From: Acidimicrobiales bacterium
GTDB lineage: Bacteria > Actinomycetota > Acidimicrobiia > Acidimicrobiales > SZUA-35
Direction: 5' to 3'
Length of the DNA stretch: 30,533 bases
Assembly: GCA_024641625.1 (NCBI GenBank)
Contig: JAHECQ010000002.1
Span: 1-30,533 of the forward strand
Shown here: in pieces, positions 17,518-26,143 of the stretch
Layout of the letters: each line of letters opens with the position of its first letter
Position numbering within the stretch: position 1 is the first letter of the stretch
Notes under the pieces: model-generated
What the model saw: the letters and a program-made list of their open reading frames with translations, nothing else
Told to the model about the DNA's origin: nothing
Databases searched by the model: none
Program-made: the position numbers and the translations under genes

Positions 17518-19698
17518 TCCCAGCGGAATCGAGATCTCCCGGTCCTCGGCGAGTGTCATCGACTCGGTGACACTCCCAGATGGCGTCTTGACGAGCAGCT
17601 TCACCTGATCCTGGTTCACCAACGGCTGGGCCAGCAGGCGAAGGTGATAGCGACCGTCGGAGAGATCGGTTTGGCCGCTGATGTCGAAGACGACCGTGCG
17701 ACTCTGGCCGGGAGAGACGTCGATCTCGGTGAGGTATCGCTCGTAGCCGAACTCCTGCTGCAATTCTGGATCCACCGTCTGACCATCGACGGAGATGGCA
17801 TCGAGTCGGTGCGGTGTCGTGATGGACAACTGCATGCGATCGATACCGGGGGGTAGGTCTCGAGCAGGAAGTCCGGTGACATACCGAGGAAGCCCCGTGG
17901 GGTCGACAGTGTTGGTCACGGTCACTCGTACCTGTGCCGAGATCCCGCCCGTGGCCGGATCGAGGGTGACGTCGTAGTCGACCGAGCGTAGGACGTAGGC
18001 ATCGAGCTTGTCCCCTCCCCCGTTGACGTGCATGACCGCCAACCGATCGGTCCCATCCGGTGGCGGAACCGGGTCGAGCAGATCCAGCTGGTCGAGGCGG
18101 AGGTTCTCTTCTTCGTTGATCGTCGCCATTCGGAGCCGATCCTGGTGCACTGCAGCCTGCAGGGCCGGCCAGACCGCACCAGGGTCGACCACATCGGTGG
18201 TGAGCAAGCGATCGAACGTCTCGACGGCGACCCAATCGAGCACGTCGACGCGTTCGGGCTTGTCGAACAGGGCGTATTGATCGATCAGCAGGAACTGGAC
18301 GATCGAATCGGCATCGAGCGACCGTCCGAGGCCCGGTACCTCGACGGGTCCGGTCAGTCGCATGATGGCGGCCAGCCCGTATGGATCGACATACAGGGCG
18401 CCGTCGATCGGGGCACCACCCATGGTCGGGTACAGCTCGGCGACGGCCCGCATCACCGAGGGGAAGTCCGACATCCCACCCCAGTTCTGGGTGTACAGCT
18501 CCGGGTGATTGACCAGGAAACGACTCGGGTACACATCTGCGTCCTCGAACCGGCCCGGACCTTCGGCATTGATCTCCTCGTCGCGCAGATGGCGACTGAT
18601 CCCGAGGCGTCCGTCGGCTGCGCTGATCTCGATCACGTTTCCGATCACGCCCCCCAACTCGCGTGCCTCAGCCGGCGTACCGAACAACACCAGGTAACGA
18701 CGGGGGGAATCCTCTCCCAGCAACGCCGGGATCAATCGGACGGTCTGACCGGCGGTGTGCACCCCGCCGAGCGAATCGTGGATCTCTTCGACTGCGGCAT
18801 CGATCTTCGCACGCGCCGGGGGAACCAACCACGGGCTGTCAGCCTGTTCGATCTCGTCGAGCGCAACCCGGAGCGAAGCCTCAGTTCGCTCGAGTGGGCC
18901 GACAAGCGCCGCCACGCGGGGCAAGTCGAGTCCCCCGTCGCTGGATCGAAGTGCGCCGACATCGGTCAGGGGCACGACTGCCTCGGCCGAGTCGGCGACA
19001 GCCGCGGCTTGGACCGCGAGCGTTCGCTCGATGCGAAGATGCTGGCTCAGCACAGGAACGAGGAGGGCCGGTCGCACCCACCATCCACCGAGGCGATCGT
19101 CCGCCAGCCGAAACTCGGCGGCCGCGTGATCGAGAGCGAGCGTTGCCGCTTCGACATCGCCGGAGCGGACCCCGGCAACGCCCGCCCGAAGCGAATCGAG
19201 ACCCTCGTTCAGGCGGGCTCGGGCCATGAGGCCGCCGAGTACCCCCGCAACGCTCACCGTCATCGTTGCCAACACCAAGAACCCGAGACCGCGCCGGACA
19301 CCAGCGTGCCGCGCGAGCCGATCGACCGTATCGGGGTGGCGGTGGGCTGCGGCCAGCGCGACGGCGAGGAACACGGTCATGACCACGAAACTGGCGGTCG
19401 GGAAGCCCAATGGCGACCGAAGGAACAGCATGCCCGTCGCCGCCACGGCCGAGCACCCGAGGGCCGAGATCGATCCGTCGTCCGCTCGTCGAACCAGGGC
19501 CGCCAGCATCAGCCACACCAGGGCAGCCAGACCGGTCAATGCCCAGCCGACCGAAGCCGCGAGGGCAACGCCGACGAACAGAGCCCCCATTCTCATCGTG
19601 TGCCCGGCGCGGGCGAGGCACAGCACGAGGACTGCCCACAGGGCACCGACGACAACGAGATCCCAGAACTGGATTCCGGTGGGGGCGGGAAGGTTCAT
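17497..19698 (-). CDS. DUF4012-domain membrane protein of actinobacterial polysaccharide loci
   Basis: N-terminal TM bundle, helical region (WWVRPALLVPVL), then RYLVLFGTPAEARELGG, SDFPSV, IDGALYVDPYGL..I.RLTGPV and GGDKLDAY motifs. Confidence 0.8.
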   Translation of the reverse strand: MNLPAPTGIQFWDLVVVGALWAVLVLCLARAGHTMRMGALFVGVALAASVGWALTGLAALVWLMLAALVRRADDGSISALGCSAVAATGMLFLRSPLGFPTASFVVMTVFLAVALAAAHRHPDTVDRLARHAGVRRGLGFLVLATMTVSVAGVLGGLMARARLNEGLDSLRAGVAGVRSGDVEAATLALDHAAAEFRLADDRLGGWWVRPALLVPVLSQHLRIERTLAVQAAAVADSAEAVVPLTDVGALRSSDGGLDLPRVAALVGPLERTEASLRVALDEIEQADSPWLVPPARAKIDAAVEEIHDSLGGVHTAGQTVRLIPALLGEDSPRRYLVLFGTPAEARELGGVIGNVIEISAADGRLGISRHLRDEEINAEGPGRFEDADVYPSRFLVNHPELYTQNWGGMSDFPSVMRAVAELYPTMGGAPIDGALYVDPYGLAAIMRLTGPVEVPGLGRSLDADSIVQFLLIDQYALFDKPERVDVLDWVAVETFDRLLTTDVVDPGAVWPALQAAVHQDRLRMATINEEENLRLDQLDLLDPVPPPDGTDRLAVMHVNGGGDKLDAYVLRSVDYDVTLDPATGGISAQVRVTVTNTVDPTGLPRYVTGLPARDLPPGIDRMQLSITTPHRLDAISVDGQTVDPELQQEFGYERYLTEIDVSPGQSRTVVFDISGQTDLSDGRYHLRLLAQPLVNQDQVKLLVKTPSGSVTESMTLAEDREISIPLGSDGVGR

Positions 19699-19796
19699 CG
19701 TCGGGGCGCGACCACCGTCGCTGGGCCCAACGGACTATTCACGACAAGGGTGACTGACCGACGGGAAGGAATCGGACGACCGGAGTCAGCCAAAGC

Positions 19797-19856
19797 GTTC
19801 TCATGACCAGCCCAGTTCTCATGACCAGCCCAGTTCTCGAGACCAGCCCAGTTCCC
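19797..19856 (+). repeat. 18-bp tandem repeat (about 3.3 copies) at the start of the priming glycosyltransferase
   Basis: gttctc + atgaccagcccagttctc + atgaccagcccagttctc + gagaccagcccagttccc; encodes MTSPVL-MTSPVL-ETSPVP. Confidence 0.95.
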
Positions 19857-20651
19857 GAAGCGAACACGGCGCAGAGACGAACCGTGGTGGACGTTCAGGA
19901 TCCGCCACTCCACCCAGTCGGTGCGCAGACGTCGCGCGCCCGCCGAGTCCGGGTCGCGCCGGGCCAGCCACGCTCGGTGACGTGGGCCGAACGACAGGTA
20001 CGACTCCGAGATCACCGCCTCCGGTTCGGTTGGACGCGTCGGATATCGGTTCGCCTCTTCGACCTCGTGGTCGCACTGGGGGGCCTCGTGGTCCTGACGC
20101 CGCTGCTGGTGATCGTCGGGATCATGGTCGCAGCGACGTCGTCGGGCCGACCGCTCTATGTGCAATGGCGAGTGGGTCGCTTCGGGCGACTGTTCCCGTG
20201 CCTCAAGTTTCGCACGATGTACCGCGACGCCGAGACCCGGCTGGCCGAGATGCTGTTGAGTGATCCCGAACTGGCGGCGGAATGGAGGAGAGACCACAAG
20301 CTGCGAAACGATCCACGCACGACCGCCGTCGGGCGAGTGCTGCGTCGCACCAGCCTCGACGAGCTTCCACAGCTCATCAACGTCGCGCTCGGCCAGATGA
20401 GCATCGTCGGACCCCGCCCCATCGTGACCGCCGAGGCAGAGCGCTACGGCGACAAACTCCCCGCTGTGCTGTCGGTTCGGCCAGGGCTGACCGGGCTGTG
20501 GCAGGTGTCGGGCCGGAACAACACGACCTACGAGCGACGGACCGAATTGGACCTCGAGTACGTGCGCAATCAGGCGCTCTGGCGCGATCTGCTCATCTGC
20601 GCCAGAACTGCGCGCCAGGTACTGAGTCCTCATGCCTACGGGGCGTGCTGA
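19803..20651 (+). CDS. Priming sugar transferase (polyprenyl-phosphate phosphoglycosyltransferase, CpsE/WcaJ/WbaP C-terminal-domain type)
   Basis: RLFDLV, KFRTM, NDPRTT.VGR.LRRTSLDELPQL.NV..GQMSIVGPRP, RPGLTGLWQVSGR and DLEYV. Confidence 0.95.
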   Translation: MTSPVLMTSPVLETSPVPEANTAQRRTVVDVQDPPLHPVGAQTSRARRVRVAPGQPRSVTWAERQVRLRDHRLRFGWTRRISVRLFDLVVALGGLVVLTPLLVIVGIMVAATSSGRPLYVQWRVGRFGRLFPCLKFRTMYRDAETRLAEMLLSDPELAAEWRRDHKLRNDPRTTAVGRVLRRTSLDELPQLINVALGQMSIVGPRPIVTAEAERYGDKLPAVLSVRPGLTGLWQVSGRNNTTYERRTELDLEYVRNQALWRDLLICARTARQVLSPHAYGAC

Positions 20652-22534
20652 TCGCCGGCGCGCGTCGGGCGCGGCGGTGGGGCCGGCCGCGCGGTCGTGG
20701 GACCCTGACGGCGAGCGCCGCCCCCAGAGCGAGGAACCCCGCCGACAACCCTGTCAGGTTCAGGAACCGGATGTCGGACCTGCGGGGATCCGTCGACGTC
20801 CCGGACGGACTCCTGGGCTCGACCCGCAGCGGTGACCGACGCCGCTGGGCGAGAGGATGGCACCGAGCGAGGTAGCGGCACCGGCTGCGACTTGGCTCGT
20901 CGTCCCCATCGCCGGCTCCGAGCGGTCTCGGTCCGGTAGGAATACGAGCCGTAGCCATACCCTGAGTCGTCCTTGACCCCGATCAGGACCACGCCGAGCA
21001 CGGTGCCGCCGACGCGTCGGATGCTCTCCACCGCCCGCCGAAGCTGGGCCTTCTCGGTCTTGCCCGCCAGTGCGGTGAGCACGACGGCGTCAACCCGACG
21101 GGCGAGGGTCTGGGAATCGGCGACCGGAAGAATCGGGGGGGCGTCCAGCACCACGTAGTCGACTGCGTTGCCGATCGCGCCGAGCATCGCAGCGAACTCC
21201 CGAGTAGCCACGAATTCGGCCGGATTGGGCGGTGGGCAACCTGCGGTGATGAGCGCCAGGCGTTCATCGGGGTAGGAGGCCATCGCCGACAGCGCCACGC
21301 CGTCGAGTAGGTGATTGGCCAACCCGGGTTCGATCGACACCCCGAGCGCGCTGTGGAGGCGAGGGCGACGAAAATCGACATCGACGAGGGCGACGCGATG
21401 ACCGAGCGCCGCCAGCGCCCAGGCCAGATTCGACGAGGTGGTCGTCTTGCCCTCGCTCTGACTGGCACTGGTGACGAGCACCGATCGCACCTGCTTGTTC
21501 ATCACTGCGAACTGGAATGCGGTGGAGAGCCGATGGTATCCGTCGGCGACCCCGGAGTCGGCGTGATCCCGTCCGGCCAGCGCCAACTCGGCATCGCGCA
21601 TCGAACGATCCGGTGGAGGAATGGAACCGAGCACCACCAGACCGGTTGCCTCGGTGATGTCCTCGGCGCTCTTGATGGTGCGATCGAGCGCTTCTCGCAC
21701 GAGCGCGAGACCGACACCCACCACGGCACCTCCGATGAGACCCAACACGATCATCCTGACCAAAGGCGCCCCCGTCTCCTGATCGGGCGGTGATGCCACC
21801 TGGAGCACCCGTGCTGTACCCGAGCCCGCGACTTCGCCGCTGAGCTGCAGCTCGCCGACGCTGGTGATGACCTGTTCGATCTGGGCGTCGAGCAGCTTCG
21901 TCGACGGAGCGAGATCGTCGACCATCCGGTCGATCTCGTTCTGCACCAGCTGACGTTGCGTGGGATCGGTGGTCGCGCTCAGCTGATCCCGCAGGACGTC
22001 GAGCGGTGCCCGTACTTGGGTTCGCTGTGTCTGGAGCTCCTGCAGTCGGCTCTCGAGCCGCTCGACCGCAGAGGTGATCGAGGCCGCGGCCCCGGCCTGC
22101 TTGGAGGAGACATAGGCCTCGGCCCACGTATTGGCGAACCGGGCAGCATCGGTCGGATCGGCGGCGACTGCACTGAACTCGAGCACATCGGCGCTGTCGA
22201 GGCCTCGGATGGCGACTTGATCCGATGGCAGGAAGCCGAGTGCCTCGCTGACACGCGCCTCGGTGGCGTCGCTGCGGGCGAAGTTGATCTCGTTCTCGAT
22301 TCGACGGGTGAGCATCTGCGGGTTGGTGATGGCCGGATCGAGGGCGGCCTGGGCCGCGGAGTCGGCGATGAGCACGGCCGACGTCGCCCGGTACATCGGC
22401 GCCCGGCCGATGGCGACGAATGCGCTCAGCGCGGTGAGGACGACGATGGGCGTGACCAGCCACAACGCACGACGACGCATGACCGCGAGATAATCGGCGA
22501 GCGTGAGCTCGGATCGGACGCCTTCGGGACTCAC
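20636..22534 (-). CDS. wzc: Polysaccharide co-polymerase fused to a BY tyrosine autokinase (Wzc-like)
   Basis: N-terminal Wzz-like TM and coiled coil, second TM, Walker A SQSEGKTT, Walker A' VDVDFRRP, Walker B VVLDAPP and Tyr cluster GYGYGSYSY. GTG start. Confidence 0.93.
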   Translation of the reverse strand: MSPEGVRSELTLADYLAVMRRRALWLVTPIVVLTALSAFVAIGRAPMYRATSAVLIADSAAQAALDPAITNPQMLTRRIENEINFARSDATEARVSEALGFLPSDQVAIRGLDSADVLEFSAVAADPTDAARFANTWAEAYVSSKQAGAAASITSAVERLESRLQELQTQRTQVRAPLDVLRDQLSATTDPTQRQLVQNEIDRMVDDLAPSTKLLDAQIEQVITSVGELQLSGEVAGSGTARVLQVASPPDQETGAPLVRMIVLGLIGGAVVGVGLALVREALDRTIKSAEDITEATGLVVLGSIPPPDRSMRDAELALAGRDHADSGVADGYHRLSTAFQFAVMNKQVRSVLVTSASQSEGKTTTSSNLAWALAALGHRVALVDVDFRRPRLHSALGVSIEPGLANHLLDGVALSAMASYPDERLALITAGCPPPNPAEFVATREFAAMLGAIGNAVDYVVLDAPPILPVADSQTLARRVDAVVLTALAGKTEKAQLRRAVESIRRVGGTVLGVVLIGVKDDSGYGYGSYSYRTETARSRRWGRRAKSQPVPLPRSVPSSRPAASVTAAGRAQESVRDVDGSPQVRHPVPEPDRVVGGVPRSGGGARRQGPTTARPAPPPRPTRAGDQHAP

Positions 22535-22645
22535 GCGGGAATCCTAGGTGGATCGATCCCTGTGCTCGTGGACCCCGTGCCGCTCGTCCCGGTCCGATCG
22601 GCCGATGACGAGCATGAATCCGATGTCGACTCGGTTGGTGTGGAC

Positions 22646-24637
22646 TCAGCTGGTCAGGATGGGTTGAGTCCCGGGGAGCAATCGCAGACCGGTCACCCCG
22701 TCATCGGCGATCGCTGCGGCCTCGTGTCCGTCCTTCACTTCCGCGGCGATGCTCACCGTCACCGAAGTGGGAAATGGCCTGACCTGATTGAGCGGTCGGA
22801 GATCGATGGCCGGCACGGCCTGCTCGAGCAGGTCCACCGTCTGGTACAGGGACCCGTCGGCATAGCTCACGGTGACGACGAACGAGTCGAAGTCGGCGAG
22901 ATCCGTTTCCGCGGTGAGCACGAGGGACGTCCAGCGCTGGGTGACCCCGTCGGCACAGGAACAGGGGTTGACCGTGGCCTGCCCGGTTCCGTCCCCGGGG
23001 CACGGCCATTGACCGGTGTCGATGTCGAAGGTCCACAGGAGTCCCGCGTGGCCGAGCCCGTACATGCAGCGGTTACCGTCGTAGATGTAGGCGTATTCCT
23101 GTGTCCGCTGACCGGTCCAGTTCGACGCAGCGGTTGCGCACCGGGCGCCGATGGTCCAGTCCCAGCAGATCGCAGAACTGTTCTTGCGGAAGGGGAAGAA
23201 GGTTCGGAGGTGGCCGAAGGTCGTGGTACCGGTGGCCGATTGTTGGCCAGGGGTGTCACCGCTGTTGAAGTCGAAGTCGAACGGTGAGGGCCTGGGCGAG
23301 CCGTTGAGCCGGAAGCACTGATGCCCGGTGCCGCTTCCGCCGGCTTGGCCTGCTCGAGCGCACACGCCGTCGACCACCTTTGCCCTGTCGTAGGTGACGA
23401 AGAGGAAGGGGCGGCCTTCGGATGTCTTGGACGAGCCGAAGTCGCTGCACGGGGAGGTGGTGACGGTGTCCCAACAGCTGACCCATGTGTCGTTGTTCCT
23501 GGCACCAAAGGGAACGGGCGTGAGCGAGACGAAGATGCGGCGTCCGTCGGGGGTCGGGGCCATGTCGAACTGGATCTCGTCGATCTTCATTCCTTCCGGA
23601 TAGCCACTCGCGGGTTGGTTGAGCGCCAGCTCGTGGGATCCGGTCAGGTTGGTGGCTGCCGGGTAGCCGGGGCAGGCCGCATCGGTGGCAGTGTCCCAGC
23701 AGTACATGCGGCTGTTGTCACCGAACAGGTAGAGGCGGGTCCCGATGGCTTCGGGCCCGTCGATCCGCACATTGCCTCGGCTCCCGCCGTTGGGTTTGTA
23801 GGCCTCGAGCGGCTTGGGGTTGCTGTACCCGCTGCAGGTGGCGTGGGTCGTGCTGTCCCAACATCCCAGTCCGACGCTGGTCGAGCGTTGGACGACGAAG
23901 TAGACCTTCATACCGATGGCGGTGATCTTGGGGGTGTAGTTGGTCGACATCCCCACGTAGGGCTCGGTGGGATAGAAATTGAGCTGGGCGCCCTTGGTGC
24001 AGGGCTTCTCGGTCTTCTTGTCGGTGCACGACAGCACGTCGCCGCTGCTGTGGTGGAACAGGTTGAAGACCTGGTCCCCGACCAGCGTCGGCGACCAACC
24101 ATCCCCCCCGGTACCGGCCTTGATCATCGTGGTCAGCCCGGTCGTGATCGGGATGACGGCTCCGCAGTCGGCCCCACAGTCGTTGACCGATGCCGAGGCC
24201 TTTCGTCCCACATCGACCTGCTTGAGGACGATGCCGGCGAAGAAGAGGTCCAGCTGCTTGCGCTGGACCTCGACGTTGGCCACGTCGGTCCCCAGGCCAC
24301 TGGTCGAGAAGCTGACCGTCGCGTCAATGTTCGTCTGGGTCGGATCGAAGCCGTTCTCCGCCAGGATCTGGTTGGCCGCGTCTCGCGCTGCGGCCTCGGC
24401 CGCAATGCGGTCCCCGGTTGCAGCCTCGACCCGGCGAAGCTCCTCGATGGAACCCAACGCCGCCAGATCGGACGCCCGCTGGGCACGGCTGGCGGTGTTG
24501 TACCAGTGGCCGACATCGACCGACAGCGCGGCCATGATCATGATCCCCATGAGCAGCATCGCGGTCAGCGCGATGACCGTTCCCCGCTCCTGGGGACGGC
24601 CGAGCCCGACCGGTCGAACGAGACGTCCACGGTTCAT
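22646..24637 (-). CDS. TadG-like minor pilin fused to a Cys-rich repeat domain (putative tip adhesin)
   Basis: ERG^TVIALTAMLL...AALSVDVG.WY....RAQ.ASDLAALG is the Tad/TadG-like N-terminus, followed by repeated CWDxxTxxxC motifs. ATGA overlap with the upstream tadE. Confidence 0.82.
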   Translation of the reverse strand: MNRGRLVRPVGLGRPQERGTVIALTAMLLMGIMIMAALSVDVGHWYNTASRAQRASDLAALGSIEELRRVEAATGDRIAAEAAARDAANQILAENGFDPTQTNIDATVSFSTSGLGTDVANVEVQRKQLDLFFAGIVLKQVDVGRKASASVNDCGADCGAVIPITTGLTTMIKAGTGGDGWSPTLVGDQVFNLFHHSSGDVLSCTDKKTEKPCTKGAQLNFYPTEPYVGMSTNYTPKITAIGMKVYFVVQRSTSVGLGCWDSTTHATCSGYSNPKPLEAYKPNGGSRGNVRIDGPEAIGTRLYLFGDNSRMYCWDTATDAACPGYPAATNLTGSHELALNQPASGYPEGMKIDEIQFDMAPTPDGRRIFVSLTPVPFGARNNDTWVSCWDTVTTSPCSDFGSSKTSEGRPFLFVTYDRAKVVDGVCARAGQAGGSGTGHQCFRLNGSPRPSPFDFDFNSGDTPGQQSATGTTTFGHLRTFFPFRKNSSAICWDWTIGARCATAASNWTGQRTQEYAYIYDGNRCMYGLGHAGLLWTFDIDTGQWPCPGDGTGQATVNPCSCADGVTQRWTSLVLTAETDLADFDSFVVTVSYADGSLYQTVDLLEQAVPAIDLRPLNQVRPFPTSVTVSIAAEVKDGHEAAAIADDGVTGLRLLPGTQPILTS

Positions 24638-25314
24638 TTCGAGTCTCCGGTGTCACCGAGCTGAGGGGACACAGCCTGATCCTGGATGGTGATGCCGCCG
24701 CCGGGGATCATGCCGGTCAGCCACCGATACCGGTAGCGGATGGCCACACCCAGACGGTCGGTGGTGGCGAAATCGGCAGCCCTCGTGATCGGACAGAAGG
24801 TCATGTCCGGGTCGTCATCACAGACGGGGTCGTCGAAGTCGTCACGGGTGGCCGTGGCGATGAAATCCCCACTGAAGATCACGCATCTGCCGGTCACGCC
24901 ACCGGTTCCCGAGGAGAGGGCATTCGCCGCGGTGGCGCAGGCCGAGGGCGGCTTGGTCGACCCGGCGGAGCTCCGGTAGATCATGACCCACGAGATCGAA
25001 CCGGGATCGTCGACGTCGTCTCGCACTCTCTGGATGAGGTCGAGGTCGCTGAAGCGATCCGACGAGTGTCGGGCATGGTCGATCACCGTCGATCGCAGCA
25101 CGGTCGCCACCGTGTTGTCGGCGTGCCACGCCAATCCGAATTCGCCGATGCCGACGAGGAGAGCGATGAGAAGGGGCGCGACCAGTGCCGTCTCCACGAT
25201 GACCGCTCCCCGCTGCCGCCACGACGGATGTCGCAAGGACGGTTGTCTCGGGGACGGGCTCTGCCGGGACCGGCTGCTCGAGCCCTCGGCCGGTGATCGT
25301 CGGAGAAGCGTCAT
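24634..25314 (-). CDS. tadE: TadE-family minor pilin
   Basis: RQRG^AVIVETALVAPLLIALLVGIGEFG, a class III signal with Glu+5; four Cys in the globular domain. ATG 25314 lies 1 nt after the upstream stop. Confidence 0.88.
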   Translation of the reverse strand: MTLLRRSPAEGSSSRSRQSPSPRQPSLRHPSWRQRGAVIVETALVAPLLIALLVGIGEFGLAWHADNTVATVLRSTVIDHARHSSDRFSDLDLIQRVRDDVDDPGSISWVMIYRSSAGSTKPPSACATAANALSSGTGGVTGRCVIFSGDFIATATRDDFDDPVCDDDPDMTFCPITRAADFATTDRLGVAIRYRYRWLTGMIPGGGITIQDQAVSPQLGDTGDSK

Positions 25315-25315
25315 G

Positions 25316-25957
25316 TCACGTACCTCCCGAGGGCAGCTCGAGACGAAGCACGACCGAATGGTCGATGAATCGATTTGCCACCAATCCCGTCGGAGACGTG
25401 TACCGGAGACGGATGGCGACACCGACGTACTCGCCGGCCACCCGATCGTCGAGGCACCAGACGCAGGTCAACTGGCCGGCCGAACGACCGAGATCGCTCG
25501 ACAGGTACACCGTGCAGTTCTCGTCGACCGGGCCGGGAGCAGGGGCGGACATGCACTCGGCCGGCGGCTTGGCGGAACTGTCGGTGGCGGGGTAGAGCAC
25601 AACGCGCTCGATGGCGCTCTGCTTGTTCGCTCCGATTCGCCGAAGGACGGTCTCGAGCACGAGTTGATCTCCGTCGGCAGACGACCCGTGGATCGACAAG
25701 GTTCGTGAGGATTCTCGCGCCATCTGTTCGACCGAGAGCAACGAATGCAGGTACCACCCGGCCTCGAAGGTTCCCAGGAGCAGGGCGACGATCACAGGCG
25801 CGACCAGAGCCATCTCGACCACGGCAGCACCGCGTTCTCTCAGACTCGTTCGGCGCCCTGCCTGCGAGTCCGATCGTCGGACGGTTGACCCGTAGGGGTG
25901 GGGTCCTGATTGCGTCATCAAGGATGTATCGGTCCGAGTCGACAGAGACTGAGCCAT
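25316..25957 (-). CDS. tadE: TadE-family minor pilin
   Basis: RERG^AAVVEMALVAPVIVALLLGTFEAG with Glu+5, and ARESSR. Shares KPP..C and GVAIR.RY with the downstream TadE. The start may be ATG 25918. Confidence 0.88.
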   Translation of the reverse strand: MAQSLSTRTDTSLMTQSGPHPYGSTVRRSDSQAGRRTSLRERGAAVVEMALVAPVIVALLLGTFEAGWYLHSLLSVEQMARESSRTLSIHGSSADGDQLVLETVLRRIGANKQSAIERVVLYPATDSSAKPPAECMSAPAPGPVDENCTVYLSSDLGRSAGQLTCVWCLDDRVAGEYVGVAIRLRYTSPTGLVANRFIDHSVVLRLELPSGGT

Positions 25958-26099
25958 TGGGCGAATCTGCCGGTGCCGACGTCTGCCCTCGGGGTCCCTG
26001 GAATCCCCGATCCCTCATGTCCCGGGGTCGATGTGCCGATGGTTCGGGCGAAGGCTTCATCGACGTATCCCGGTCTACAGTCTTCGGACAACGGGTATC

Positions 26100-26143
26100 C
26101 ACCCTGCCGTTTCACCCTGCCGTTGGATCCTGCCGCTGGATCC
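26100..26143 (+). repeat. 13-bp period direct repeat (about 3.4 copies) in the divergent tadE/lipoprotein intergenic region
   Basis: caccctgccgttt caccctgccgttg gatcctgccgctg gatcc. Confidence 0.85.

Noticed and set aside
18028-19806. 592-aa plus-strand ORF antisense to DUF4012; similar long antisense ORFs at 1857-3329, 7400-8389, 11795-12901, 21956-23287, 23321-24664 and 26286-27317
   Set aside because: These are shadow ORFs typical of high-GC DNA. They are rich in Arg/His/Gly/Asp, have no family motifs, and lie opposite well-supported genes.
19797-19856. CRISPR-like interpretation of the short repeats (also 26100-26143)
   Set aside because: The units are directly adjacent with no unique spacers, they are too short, and no cas genes are present.
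22550-22559. 10-bp palindrome ggatcgatcc upstream of wzc
   Set aside because: Short, built from very common GATC/TCGA words in this sequence, and expected by chance.
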